From Nemertoderma westbladi (lineage: Eukaryota; Animalia; Xenacoelomorpha): a DNA stretch of 64,000 bases. The DNA lies in contig JAUCBJ010004802.1 of NCBI GenBank assembly GCA_032718475.1, positions 1,012 to 65,011 on the forward strand. The letters are read 5' to 3'. Each line of letters opens with the position of its first letter. Within the stretch, counting starts at the first letter, position 1. Of this stretch, positions 12,906 through 24,820 are shown one piece after another. Under the pieces are notes generated by a model. It was not told where the DNA came from, ran no database searches, and saw only the letters and a list, made by a program, of their open reading frames with translations. The position numbers and the translations under genes are program-made.

Positions 12906-13460
12906 TCGAACAAACATCTAGGGACTCCCCAACGTAACAGCGTCTGGAGTGGGTGTGTGACTATATTATTTTATATTTGTTTTTATTATTTTATATTTAT
13001 GTATTTATGTAATTTTATTATAATCGTTTTCTTTAATTTTATTTAGTAGAATGTTATTCTAGCGATTATTTAGTAGATTAGTGCAATATATATTAGTGTT
13101 TATTACTTACTTATATTATATTATATTATATATTTAGTGCAACGACGAGAAATAATTCTTTTTCTCTTTCCTTACTGTCCGTATCATATTATAAATACGT
13201 GACTACAGTAAGATGAAATGTCCGTACTTATTAAAGTACAATAAAGCTCCTACTATATTTAAGTATTATTGGTAAGTAGAGTATTAGGAATGCAAAGTTC
13301 AGATCCTCGTGTCTCAGCTAAACCAAGCTCTGGGTAGACCTTGGAAACGACTTGCCTCTTCTCACTGACATTGTTTCTTGCAATATTGCTCTCATACCGT
13401 ATATTAAATAATACATATAGTAGTGTGATGTCCTTTTAACAGTAGCGTAAAACGCAAAAT

Positions 13461-13850
13461 AAATCTGTTAAACCCTTTGACCATCTGTAATTCTAGTCGA
13501 TTAAGATATCGCGGCACCCACCGATATACTTGAAAGACAAAATTCTAGAATCAGTGGTTAACGTCCCCAGACAAGTTCTGGAATAAACCGGTGCCCATCT
13601 TAAATATTAACTATTAATATTTATAAAATCTGTCAAACAAATACAATAGAGTAAATACTTACAAGTTAACTCTAGAAAATCTATAAATCAAAATCTGTTA
13701 AAATTTAGATCCTTTAAAATTCTAGTCGATTAAGATATCGTAGCACTTACCGAGCACTTACCGCACTTAAAAGGACAAATTTCCTAGAATTCAGGATCCT
13801 AGTCCCCAGACATGCTCTGGAATAAAATTGTGTCTATTTAATATTAAATA
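13461..13850 (+). repeat. Diverged ~230-bp tandem duplication in the BEL/Pao 3' non-coding region
   Basis: aaatctgttaaa...ttctagtcgattaagatatcg...gtccccagaca..tctggaataaa occurs from 13461 and from 13691. Confidence 0.75.
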
Positions 13851-14648
13851 ATAAAATTTATGGGAATAAATTTAAATTCATCTCTTTTAATGAATTTGAT
13901 AAATTGTCATTTTTATGCAATTTATAACATTCCCAAAATTCCATTAATTAATAGATCATGGGAGCGGAGATTCACCCTATTAAGTATATTAGTGTGCGAG
14001 AATCTCCAATATATAGTCAATAGCCGATAAAATTCATAAAATCATGTATAAAGAGGAATATTGACAATTAAAGAATTACTATTAAATAGCATCCCAGATC
14101 TGCATGCATGAGAATTACCCTAATTCTACTGCTAGCTTTCCATAATGTCACCATGGCAACAACCACGCTAGAATTAGAAGTGAGTTAAAAGAACAATAAA
14201 GCTTGCCCCATTGAATAGCATAAGGAATAAATAGCACACTGCTAGTATCCAAGGATACATAATAATAACGTGGCATTCTGGAAGGCACTTGACTAACGGA
14301 CAAATGGCCCGAATGTGTACAATTTGTGACAGTTGTGTGGAATTTGTGCGTTTATATGTGAATGTTACTACTAAAGTGTGTTTACAGTAGCGAGTCGCAA
14401 TTGTGAAAGTAGCCCTACCTCTGCAGTAAGAACCTGAAGTTAATCTTAGCCCTTGGGACGGACAGTGGAGTGACTCGCGCTGGTTGTTGTGGTCGTTGTG
14501 CAGCTACTATGTTGGCGATAGGCACATCGGCGAAAGTACATCGGCCCTGAGGATCTTGCGCTGTCCGGGGGCCGTGAGGGGGTAGGCAGCGACGCCCGCT
14601 AGCCTAATTATAAACTCATTATAATATTGATAAACTCATATAGCAGCT

Positions 14649-14948
14649 ATGACTGAGTTGATAGAAGATGATCTTGGTATCAGGGAGCGATATACTCTAC
14701 CGTTGCAAGCATTTGTTGATGGCTTAATACGCGGCGACGCTGGTCCAACTACTACGGAGGACTATGGTCGTTATATCGAACCGCCAATGTCCCAGGAGCA
14801 ACTCACTCGTGAATTGGACTATCGAAAATTCACTGCTCGCTATACGCATCGTAATGGTACGCATATGGACTTCTTAACTACTGGTCATCCTATCGATTTA
14901 CACGATACGGACGATGTCGACACCAAAAGGGAAAATGGCCCTATTTAA
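14649..14948 (+). CDS. Small ORF of unknown function inside BEL/Pao 3' region (possibly frameshifted 5' part of the accessory gene)
   Basis: 99-aa ATG ORF in a coding-like, GC-richer segment following an AT-rich spacer; no recognisable motif. Confidence 0.35.
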   Translation: MTELIEDDLGIRERYTLPLQAFVDGLIRGDAGPTTTEDYGRYIEPPMSQEQLTRELDYRKFTARYTHRNGTHMDFLTTGHPIDLHDTDDVDTKRENGPI

Positions 14949-16212
14949 ATACCAGCGGAGTCGGAATGATAAACTGAAAATCGAATGCGAAAATTCTATT
15001 CGAAATCGACTCGAAAGAGAAGACGTTAAAGAACCTGATAAACGCGGTAACTCCAACGTATATTTGGAATTCTTGAGAGAAACATTGTAAAACCAAATAA
15101 ATATCACCCGCGTTTCCCCTACAAGATGTGCGTCTTTGGTATTATTGCGATGAATGCCCAAGACCCAACCAACAAACGGAAAGACATGAACATCCGCGGA
15201 GACGTTGCTCTAAACACAGTTTTACTCGCTATATTTCCTTGAGTTTCGAGCGAAACTTGTTCGATGTATCACCTACGCTCGCTCGACTCAAACGATCCTT
15301 AAATAAACCTATGATCAGAGTTCCAGAATACTCGGTCAGACCTCCTCACTCCCTAGTGAGACCTCAGACTCTTGATCCTAATAGTATCACGGATCCTCCC
15401 GAACTGTACTCATTGTTCAAAGATCTAGTGTTACCCGAACAATTAGTCAGTGGCACTCCGGTTGTGGGCTCCCTAAATATTCGCCCATCTTACCTAGTCG
15501 GATTGGGACGCGGACATCTAATATCGCCATTCAACCGTATCGTATCCCGGTTTAACCCGATACAACCTGTCACCAAGGCGGAGGAGAGAGTTGTACGAAA
15601 CGCTTTGGACACTATTCGTCAAAAGATCGGAAAAGGAACCTACAATTGTTTAGAGAAACGTAAATTGCAGAAGCAAGTCCAAGCAGTAAACGAATTAGCT
15701 TTATCTCAGTTCGATCAGGAAATCCAGAATCTCTAAGAAGATATCGAACTTGGACGACTCTACTCTAAAAGAGCTTTAGACGAATGCTTCCAACAACAAG
15801 CGGAGGAAAATCAGCTCGAGGAGAAGCATATCGATTCCGATAGAGCCCGAGAACAAGAGTTGAAAAGAATCATCAAACCGAGGAAATTTCTCACTACACA
15901 CGGTCCACCTACCGCTTTCGTGCAAACGACCCGTCAGGGACCAATAAGAGCTGCTGTCTTAAAATGCGCTCTCAAGGTTGTTCTGTGATATAAATGTTTA
16001 ATGTATTTTATTGAGATACCGGAAGTATCCCAGATAATCGGTTTGACCTTTGCAATGTGTACGGTGAAGGGATTGATCTATATTAGATAGTAGGTAAGGC
16101 ATTGCAAGGGGGGTTTATAGATTCATTGTCGTTTGTTTGATTAAAGTTTGGAGTTAATATTTAATTGTGATTTCCCTGTTTTAATATTGGCGCAGTGTGA
16201 TTTACATAAAAC

Positions 16213-16866
16213 ATGAAATTATCAATAACATCCGATTTTGCATGTTGGGAAACAGCATTGAGGGCGGAGATCAACTTGTTAGTGTTGCAAGGGAAAATCG
16301 AGGAGGAAAAAAAGGACGAAGCTTTGCTAATGAAGATACAGATTTCCGTAGAAGACAACATTTTAAAGAAAATGCATATAGACGGCCGAACCACAGCAAA
16401 TTCTTTACTAACAAAACTCAAAGAGGTATAGACACAGTTGGTGGTACCAACCGACGGAGTAAATTCATTAGAGTTTGACATAGTGTCAAGGGACGATGTA
16501 ACCAAATTTGATGACAATTTGAGACTACTCCGCTATAAACGAACGATTTCCGATGATCTAGCTATTAGTATATTCATAAAAAACATAAAAAATGAAGCGT
16601 CAAGAAAGATCGTTCTGGTCCAGCAATTCACGTCATGGGATGCGTTGGTGCGTTTCATTATGGACACGGGTATCTCTCTAACCAATTATAACCAACATAC
16701 TTCGCATCTACCAGTATCAGGAGCCGTAAAAACGGGATGCTACAATTGCGGTGTAGCCGGCCACTTTGCCAGACAATGCTTCAAGCGGTGCAATCGTTGC
16801 ACCAATCACAATCACTTGCCTAAAGACTGTTTAAAAGGAAAATCAAAAAACGACGCTTCCCAGTAG
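16213..16866 (+). pseudogene. gag: Gypsy gag (one in-frame TAG at 16429-16431)
   Basis: ORFs 16213-16431 and 16438-16866 share a frame; two CCHC knuckles CYNCGVAGHFARQC and CNRCTNHNHLPKDC. Confidence 0.85.
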
Positions 16867-16876
16867 TGGGGGGTGC
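16845..16876 (+). promoter_or_regulatory. -1 programmed ribosomal frameshift signal (gag/pol)
   Basis: A AAA AAC heptamer at 16845-16851 in the correct gag phase, followed by stem-loop gcttccca-gtag-tggggggt; pol is in the -1 frame. Confidence 0.8.
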
Positions 16877-19631
16877 AACTACTGGGATCATCAACGAACC
16901 GATAGCACCATTCATTTATGCAGAAATCGATTTGAATGGTGGAAGCCCACGCATAGCTATGTTAGACACAGGATCTGAATTAAACTTAATGTCAATAAAC
17001 ATGGCTAATGACTTGTCAGTTCCGATTATACCGCATGGTATATATTTTCGTACAGCATCTGGTGATGTTGTTAAATCGAGAGGTTTTGTTCAGGTTTGGG
17101 TCAAGTGGGGAGATATTCGTCAAACATTTGATTTTCATGTACTGGGAGATCCTCCATTTGATTTAATACTTGGCACTAGGGCCATACGGACCTTCCCCTC
17201 AATATTATCTTATCCCATTGTGGCGATGACTGCGACTACGACTACCGATACAGCTCTTTCAAAGGAATACTTTTTTAAACTTTTCCGTTGGCCATCATCA
17301 TGGTCATCCGATAATACAAAACGTCTCCACGACTTGATCTGGGAATTTCAGGATATATTTAGTCGATCGAAATTCGATGTTGGAAGAATGAAATCATTCA
17401 CCCATCACATAGAAACGTCTGGTCCTCCTATTTTCAGAAGACAATACAAAAACGCATACACAGAAAGAGAAAATGTACACAAGATAATCACGGAGATGCA
17501 TGAAAATAACATTATCTCTCCTGCTTCTTCGCCATGGAATTCGCCATATTTGTTGGTAGATAAACCTGACCACTCAAAACGATTTTGTGTTGATTTTAGA
17601 CCTCTAAACAAAGTCACTCAGGACAATAAATTCCCCATGCCAGTAATAGATGAACTTTTAGATAGACTTCAAGGAAAGAAAATTTTTTCGACGTTAGACA
17701 TGACGGCCGGTTATTGGCAAGTACCCTTATCTGAGGAAAGTAAACCGAAGACGGCTTTCCAAGCGGATCATAGACAGTGGCAATTCAATGTGTTAGCAAT
17801 GGGATTGAAAAATGCGGCCCCAGAATTCCAACGAGACATGCAAACTGTATTAAGTGGTCTCAACACGTTTCCTTACCAGGACGACATCATCAACGCTACT
17901 GAGACTGAAGAAGAACATCAAGAGAGCCTACAGAAAATTTTCGTACGATTACGAAATGAAGGAATTAAATTAAAACCATCAAAATGCGCATTTGGTCTAA
18001 CTGAGATATCGTATTTGGGTTTTATAATTCAAGATGGACAAGTCAAACCTGATCCTGATAAAATAAAGTGTATACAAGAATTTCCTACGCCAACCAATGG
18101 AAAGGAATTACAGTCATTTCTTGGACTCATTAACTTATATTCAAGGTTCGCAAAGAGATTAGCTACATACGCGGCTCCCTTATATGAGTTGACAACAAAA
18201 TGAAAAAATAAATTCAAATGGTTACCCGAACATTCCGAAGTCTTTGATAAAGTAAAAAATTTATTCTCTGAAGCAGTATCATTATACATTCCCGATTTAT
18301 CACAAGCTTTCATAGTCAGAACCGACGCAAGCGATAGGGCTGTTGGAGCTGTGTTGAGTCAAATAATTAATTCTGAAGAAGTCCCAGTGCATTTCGCAAG
18401 TCGAACCCTACGCGGATCGGAACTTAACTGGTCAACTACTGATAAATAATTTTTTAGTTTACATTGGGCAATCAGAAAATTTGAAATGTACTTAAAGGGA
18501 AATGAAGTAACAGTTTACACTGACCACAAACCATTAATTGGACTGATAGACAAGAGAGCTGGAAACAATCAACGACAAAGACGATGGCTAGATTATATAC
18601 AGGACTTTAAATTAAATATTAACTATATACGTGGAGTTGAAAACGTTGTGGCAGACACTTTGTCTCGCTTGCCATTAGACTCAACGTTCCCAAATGTAAA
18701 GGCCGCTCCATTCGTACCAAACGCCGTTTGTGCTCTCAAGGCGTTATCTGACAAAGATTCCGAGATAGTAGCAAGGCAATACCATGATGCGGGACATTAC
18801 TCTATAAACAAAACTCGTGCGGCAATTTTAAATGACGGCCTATGGTTCCCAAAAATGAGATCCACACTACGATCAATTCAAGATGATTGTATAGAGTGTC
18901 GCACAAAGAAGTCGTACACAAAAAATCCCCCAAAAGGAGAACTACCAAACCTAAAAACTTGTGCTATTGGGGAGATTGTCTCTATTGACATTGTTGGACC
19001 CTTACCAACAACAAGATTAGGATTTCGTTACATCTTGTCGATGATAGATATGGCGTCACGTTACCTGGAAGCGGTACCAATGAAAATGGTTACAGCGCAA
19101 ATAACTGCAGACGCCTTTCAGAAAGGATGGGTATTTAGACATGGTCCTCCACGACGAATCCACACCGACAACGGTTCCCAATTTCGTTCTGCGTTGTTTA
19201 ATAATATTCTGGAAACTGCCTTTTGCAATTATGAAATTGATCATACATATTCATCGCCGTACTATCCTCAAGGCAATGGAGTTATTGAAAGAATACACCG
19301 TACTTTAAAAGATCGCATTCGATGCATGTCTGGGGATTGGCAATCGAACTTATCGGAAGCTGTTTATAATATAAATCGCCATGTTCACGATGGTATAGAG
19401 TGTTCGCCGTTTTTCGCACTCTATGGGTATAATGTCCCACCAGCCACTTACCCAGCAATGCTTAAAGAAAACCCATCCATCATGCATTCGTTAGCTCCTC
19501 CTATCCCACCACCACAAAGATCAACGTTTGGCCCCAAATTTCACCCACCTCAACGAGTTGTAGCAAAATTATCTCCGCAGGTTGTTCGCCTAGATCAATA
19601 TGGAACTGTGAATATAAGAAAATGTACTTAG
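16866..19631 (+). pseudogene. pol: Gypsy pol (PR-RT-RNase H-IN) with in-frame stops at 18201 and 18447
   Basis: MLDTGS protease; RT RFCVDFRPLN, LDMTAGYWQV, YQDD; RNase H TDASD...YTDHKPL...NVVADTLSR; integrase H..GH...CIEC, SIDIVGP, TDNGSQF, NGVIER; one frame throughout. Confidence 0.93.
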
Positions 19632-20206
19632 TTCAATATTATTGACTCCATTTACCGCGATTCTAATTTAGATTCATATTTTTGATGTTGTTGAATTTTG
19701 TAAGGGGGATATGTGATATAAATGTTTAATGTATTTTATTGAGATACCGGAAGTATCCCAGATAATCGGTTTGACCTTTGCAATGTGTACGGTGAAGGGA
19801 TTGATCTATATTAGATAGTAGGTAAGGCATTGCAAGGGGGGTTTATAGATTCATTGTCGTTTGTTTGATTAAAGTTTGGAGTTAATATTTAATTGTGATT
19901 TCCCTGTTTTAATATGTTCGACCTCGTTCCACTGAGGTTGATATAGATCAACCAGGTACCTCGACCGGCGGATACATCGACCGTAATCCTAAACCTTCCG
20001 ATGCAATTGTATTGCACCCTTCACCCAGGAGTTATAGCCCTCCTAGTAAAGTGGCTCGCCCCAAAGAGAAAAGGACTCTTGCTAGCCTCAAAAAACTGCG
20101 TAAACGCCGTCCGCGCAAGAAAGACTAACTGTTTAGAGTATTTTTATATTTTAGAAACTGTGATTTTTTATATTTTATAGAATTAAATCCCATTTTCTGG
20201 GAGCGG

Positions 20207-21389
20207 TGTAAAGGCTTTTGCGGATCTAGCTAGTCATTTTCCCCGCAAAGTACTCTGTAGGTGTTTTAGCGGACATAAAAAGCCGTTTTCTTACTGTGTA
20301 GGTGTTTTAGTGGACATAAAAAGCCATTTTTCTGTATGTGTACTTTAGCGGACATAACAAGCCATTTTATGCCGCAATACGCCAAAATACTCTTAATACA
20401 GTGTAGTTCAGATGACGACATCTATCAGCTGATATGTCGACGTGGAGCTTTTGGCTTTCTTTGTTCAGGCTCACTCACTCGACCAATCAGAGCGATTTTC
20501 ATTTTATTTGCACAGAAGCCTCCGGGAAATCGCGCAATGCATTATGGTCTTTGTTTACCTTTTTTCCTGAGCCCAGAACATCGGCTTTGGAATTATTCTG
20601 TGTTTCAGACTTTAGCTAAACATTAGAACGGCTTTGATTATAGAAACGTAGAACTGTTATCAAACCAGTACACAAACTGGACACACAACACGGCTCAGAA
20701 CACCGCATTATTTTACTGCTGTTTACTGTCGGTTATTAAGTGTTATCATTTGATGGATATGTTGTTATATTTGGAGAATATCGATAAATAATCAGAAAAC
20801 CCCAATCTTCTTGATATACTGAAGGTTAGAGAGACCGGTTACATATATCAATTGCGACTTACATTATAGTGGTTTTGGAGTGAATTGAATGCTATTTCAT
20901 AGACCCTACATGTATCAGTTGCTGTTCTCCTTATATATGATTAAAATTAGTGAAGGTCGGCAGATCAGTGTGCAGCAGTGTGCGGTATTGTGCATGAGTG
21001 TGATAGATAACAAAGCATTTCCTAAAGAATGCGCATTATACGAAAATCAATAGCCATCCCGTTGTGTTTAGTGTAAGTCATAACTCTGTTTACATATTTA
21101 GAGCGCCACGTCCTAAAGGAACTGTTAATATTTCCCGAAAGTAAATAATATTTGTCAGAGATATTATAGTAACGATCAATCGAATAATACAGTAGGTCTA
21201 CACCGCAATAAGGTCAGAGCATCCGAATCCAGTCTCCCTTAACCGTGGGTGAATGGTCGCGCATAGGCTGGCTTCGGCTAATGTAACTTTATGTGTATCA
21301 AATATTTGTTATAGGCTAAAGTCGATTTATAACCTAGAAGACACCTAAAATTGGCAGGTTAAACTGCTAAAGGTCTAAAAGCGCGAACA
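20207..21389 (+). repeat. 3' LTR of BEL/Pao element (1183 bp)
   Basis: Starts tgtaaaggc, ends ...gcgcgaaca immediately before TSD TGTAT. Confidence 0.92.
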
Positions 21390-21394
21390 TGTAT

Positions 21395-22060
21395 ACTTTG
21401 CAGTTAATCACGCCGTTTCTCCACTTTATGTTTATAAGGATGTAATCCAGTTGTGCTTTGGTTCCATTAGGGTATTGAAAGGTCCATAGCTTCCCCTTAC
21501 TCTTTTCGAATGTGTTGTTTGTTGGTATCAATTCACATTCTTCCATTAGGTCTAAAAGTAAGTACCCATTTATGTTAGAACTGGTGTTATAGGTGTAACC
21601 CTTGATGTCTTCTGGGCCAATTTGAGCATTCAGGTCACCAGCAATGTCTTTGACTTTGTGTTTCGGAATGTCCTTTATAAGTCCAGTCAGATCTTCATAA
21701 AACTTGGCAGCTTGTTCAGGCTCTGATACATTGGTTGGACTTTAGCAAAATATTACTGTATTCTTGGGATTCCCATCAAATGTTGCAATCATAACCCTGG
21801 AATTTATACAGTAGGTTCGAAATTGTTTAGGCTATGGAGTGCAAATGGGTTTTGCAGAAATCCTACTCCACCAATGAATGTATTGACCGAATTTCTTTCC
21901 GCTGAGCTTGTTACTTAAGTCCGAGTTACAAACATGCCTACCGCTTCATCTCACAACTACAAACGTCCATCCATTTCCAAAGTCGTTGCACTTCATGGCA
22001 GAGTCTTCATGCCAAATCATGACACGTGTGCCCACATTGTGCACTGTCTTGCCCTGTTTA
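21395..22060 (-). mobile_element. RTE endonuclease remnant (continuation of 7063-7121)
   Basis: Near-identical to 405-720 of the first RTE copy, then increasingly diverged. Confidence 0.85.
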
Positions 22061-22556
22061 CTGTTCTTCATTGTTCACATCCTTGGCCGCCCCATCTGGT
22101 GCTGTCTAAGTTCAAACAGTGTTGGATGGTTTGTCAAACATACTCCCCTTTTCAGGAGGAACAAACAGCATTAGGTGGCGGTGGCGGTGGCATTAAGGAC
22201 CAGCCCAGTATCTGTAGGTTTACTGAGCCGCGCAGTGATTGACAATGATTGCTTGCGACTAATATGCGGGAAGGCTACGGCGGCTTTTTAGTTTGTATTG
22301 GTTTTACATACATACCTACCGGTAACGTTTCTTGCTAGACTAATAAATATAAATAAAATAGTTAATTATTAATTATAGTGCTGCCCCCAGATACCGAACT
22401 GCTATTGGTATAGGTAGGTGGGCTAACTACGTTGCCTGTATAAACAGTAAATAATCAAAGTGCATCATAAATAGTGGTGATTAATGAATGTATGATATGT
22501 AGCTGCGTATATGTAGAATTAATAATCTCAACAAAAGTGGTATGAGACATTAATCA

Positions 22557-22870
22557 ACAACAAAATTATCACAAATACTAGCTAGAAATAAAATATATCA
22601 ACATATTATAAAATTTGTTCTGGAACATTTTAGATCACATTCAATGACGTTCTAGAATCAATACAAAAAACAATGTAGGCCTAAAACCAGCAACATTAAT
22701 AGTTATGAATTTTATTCCAAAATTGTCAACAATTGACAACAAAATTATCACAAATACTAGCTAGTAATAAAATATATCAACATATTATAAAATTTGTTCT
22801 GGAACATTTTAGATCACATTCAATGACGTTCTAGAATCAATACAAAAAACAATGTAGGCCTAAAACCAAG
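22557..22870. repeat. ~180-bp tandem duplication related to the TTCTAGAA-rich MITE family
   Basis: acaacaaaattatcacaaatactagctag...caatgtaggcctaaaacca occurs twice, nearly identical. Confidence 0.8.
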
Positions 22871-22919
22871 GACATTACAGCATTGTATTGGACTGTACAT
22901 TTAGTATTGTATTTGGTGT

Positions 22920-23010
22920 TATTGTTTACGTTGTAACCCATGATGGCGTTAAGTAATGTACACTAAGGGGACATCACTTAACGCCGTCATTGGATACCAC
23001 GTAAACAATA
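22920..23010. repeat. ~90-bp imperfect palindrome (miniature foldback)
   Basis: tattgtttacgt..atgatggcgttaagt / acttaacgccgtcat..acgtaaacaata. Confidence 0.75.
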
Positions 23011-23014
23011 GGTG

Positions 23015-24679
23015 CAAAGGGGCGCCTCAAAGCCGATAGTCCTGAAGAACGTGTTGGGAAGTGGAAAAATCACTTCAGCAACTTGCTTGGGCAGCCACCA
23101 AACATCGAGGTCAGCCCTACAAGGAAAATATATGACAAGACACTACCTATAGAAACAGAGGACTTCACACCTGCCGAACTCCGAAGAAGCATTAAAAGCA
23201 TGTCCAATAATAAAGCGAGTGGATTAGATGAAATCCCAGCGGAGGTATGGAAAACCGGAGTGCTAAACAGACCATTATTGAATGTTTGCAACCGGATGTT
23301 AAAAGGGGAGAAGCCACCACCAATTTGGACTAAAGGTCAACTAAAGCCTCTCCCCAAGAAAGGAGACCTCGGCATACCAACAAACTATCGTGGGATCTGT
23401 CTGCTTGTGGTAGCTGCCAAAATATACAATAAAATGATTCTATATAGGATTAGGCCTCACATAGAGAAACTACTGCGTAAGAGCCAAAACGGATTTCGAC
23501 CAAGTAGATCAACAATAGCTCAGATACTTGCACTACGGAGACTGATTGAAGGAATTAAGTCAAATAATCTCCCCGCAGTCATGACTTTTGTGGACTTCAA
23601 GAAGGCATTCGACTCCATCCATAGAGGTAAAATGCTTGAAATCCTAAGAGCTTATGGAATACCAGAAGTAATTGTTGCTGGCATTGGATTGTTATATTGT
23701 GACACAGAAGCGCAGGTACTCTCACCAGATGGTGAAACTGAGTTTTTCTCAATCCTGGCTGGCGTACTGCAAGGTGACACATTAGCACCATTACTATTTG
23801 TAATTGTGCTGGATTACGCAATGAGGACGGCCACAAAGGGTGAAGATCTGGGATTCACACTTCAAGAACGCAGAAGTAGTAGATATCCGGCAACTACAGT
23901 CACAGACACCGAATTTGCGTATGACATCGCCCTGTTCTCTAATACAGTACGCTAGCAGATGCATAGCTTCTACTAAATAAAGTGGAGAGGGCTGCTAAGG
24001 AGGTTGGATTGCATATAAATGCTACAAAGACCGAATTCATGACCTTTAATGTTGATGGGAACTTGACAACCATTGATAATAATCAACTAAGGAAGGTCGA
24101 TGACTTCCAGTACCTTGGATCATGGATAGAGAGTAGCAAAAAGGACATAGAAGTTAGGAAAGCAAAGGCTTGGGTAGCTCTATCAAAAATGGATACCATC
24201 TGGAGATCAGATCTCTCCAGGCACCTGAAGACTAAGTTCTTTCGAGCCACAGTGGAAAGTGTATTTTTATACGGGGGTGAGACCTGGACACTGACTAAAT
24301 CACTTGAACAACGAATTGATGGTTGCTACACAAGACTACTAAGGGCAGCCCTAAACATCAGCTGGAGACAACACATGACAAACGCCGAGCTTTATGGTAC
24401 AATACCACCTGTATCAACCACCCTCCGTGAACGCAGATTAAGATTCAGTGGGCACTGCTGGCGAAGTAAAGACGAGGTCATACCAGATCTACTTCTCTGG
24501 CAACCAACTCATGGAAAGCGTAGTCGTGGACGACCGGCCATAACATATATAGATCAACTTGAAAGGGATACTGAACTTGGGAGAAACGAAATTGGGACAA
24601 CTATGGAGAATCGGGAAGCCTGGAAGGATCTCATTTCCACTGTCCTTCGCTCGACCTAGTAGTAGTAGTAGTAGTAGTA
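23015..24679 (+). mobile_element. 5'-truncated RTE-clade LINE (reverse transcriptase), inactive
   Basis: KASGLDEIPAE, NYRGICLL, QNGFR, FVDFKKAFDS, GVLQGDTLAP, FAYD (degenerate FADD), FQYLGS; disrupted near 23950; stop codon runs into a (TAG)n tail; 14-bp TSD gtaaacaataggtg (23001-23014, 24680-24693). Confidence 0.93.
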
Positions 24680-24820
24680 GTAAACAATAGGTGGAAATTT
24701 GCCTGACAGCCAGATAGGCCTACTGCTTTACCTACCGGTAGGCGGGGTGTAACTATTAATAACCAGTAGGGCCTAGATATATTATTTATAACATGGCTCC
24801 AAACGCCACCATTAAAAAAT

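Larger units (their letters stand above)
15984..19914 (+). mobile_element. Gypsy/Ty3 LTR retrotransposon, full length (3931 bp)
   Basis: 203-bp LTRs 15984-16186 and 19712-19914, identical by eye, TG...TA ends; TSD TGTTC (15979-15983, 19915-19919); PBS tggcgcagtg at 16188; PPT aagggggata 19702-19711; PR-RT-RH-IN order. Confidence 0.96.
15128..20128 (+). pseudogene. Accessory ORF of BEL/Pao element, interrupted by one TAA (15734-15736) and by the Gypsy insertion
   Basis: Frame stays open from 15737 to the Gypsy TSD; removing the Gypsy element plus one TSD joins 15983 to 19920 in frame (...LKCALKVVRPRSTEV...KEKRTLASLKKLRKRRPRKKD*), 1065 nt = 355 codons. True start uncertain. Confidence 0.7.
7122..21389 (+). 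mobile_element. BEL/Pao LTR retrotransposon, non-autonomous
   Basis: TG...CA ends, 5-bp TSD TGTAT (7117-7121 and 21390-21394), matching LTRs, PPT-like tgggagcgg before the 3' LTR, BEL-type Gag, triple zinc knuckle and protease. Confidence 0.93.
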
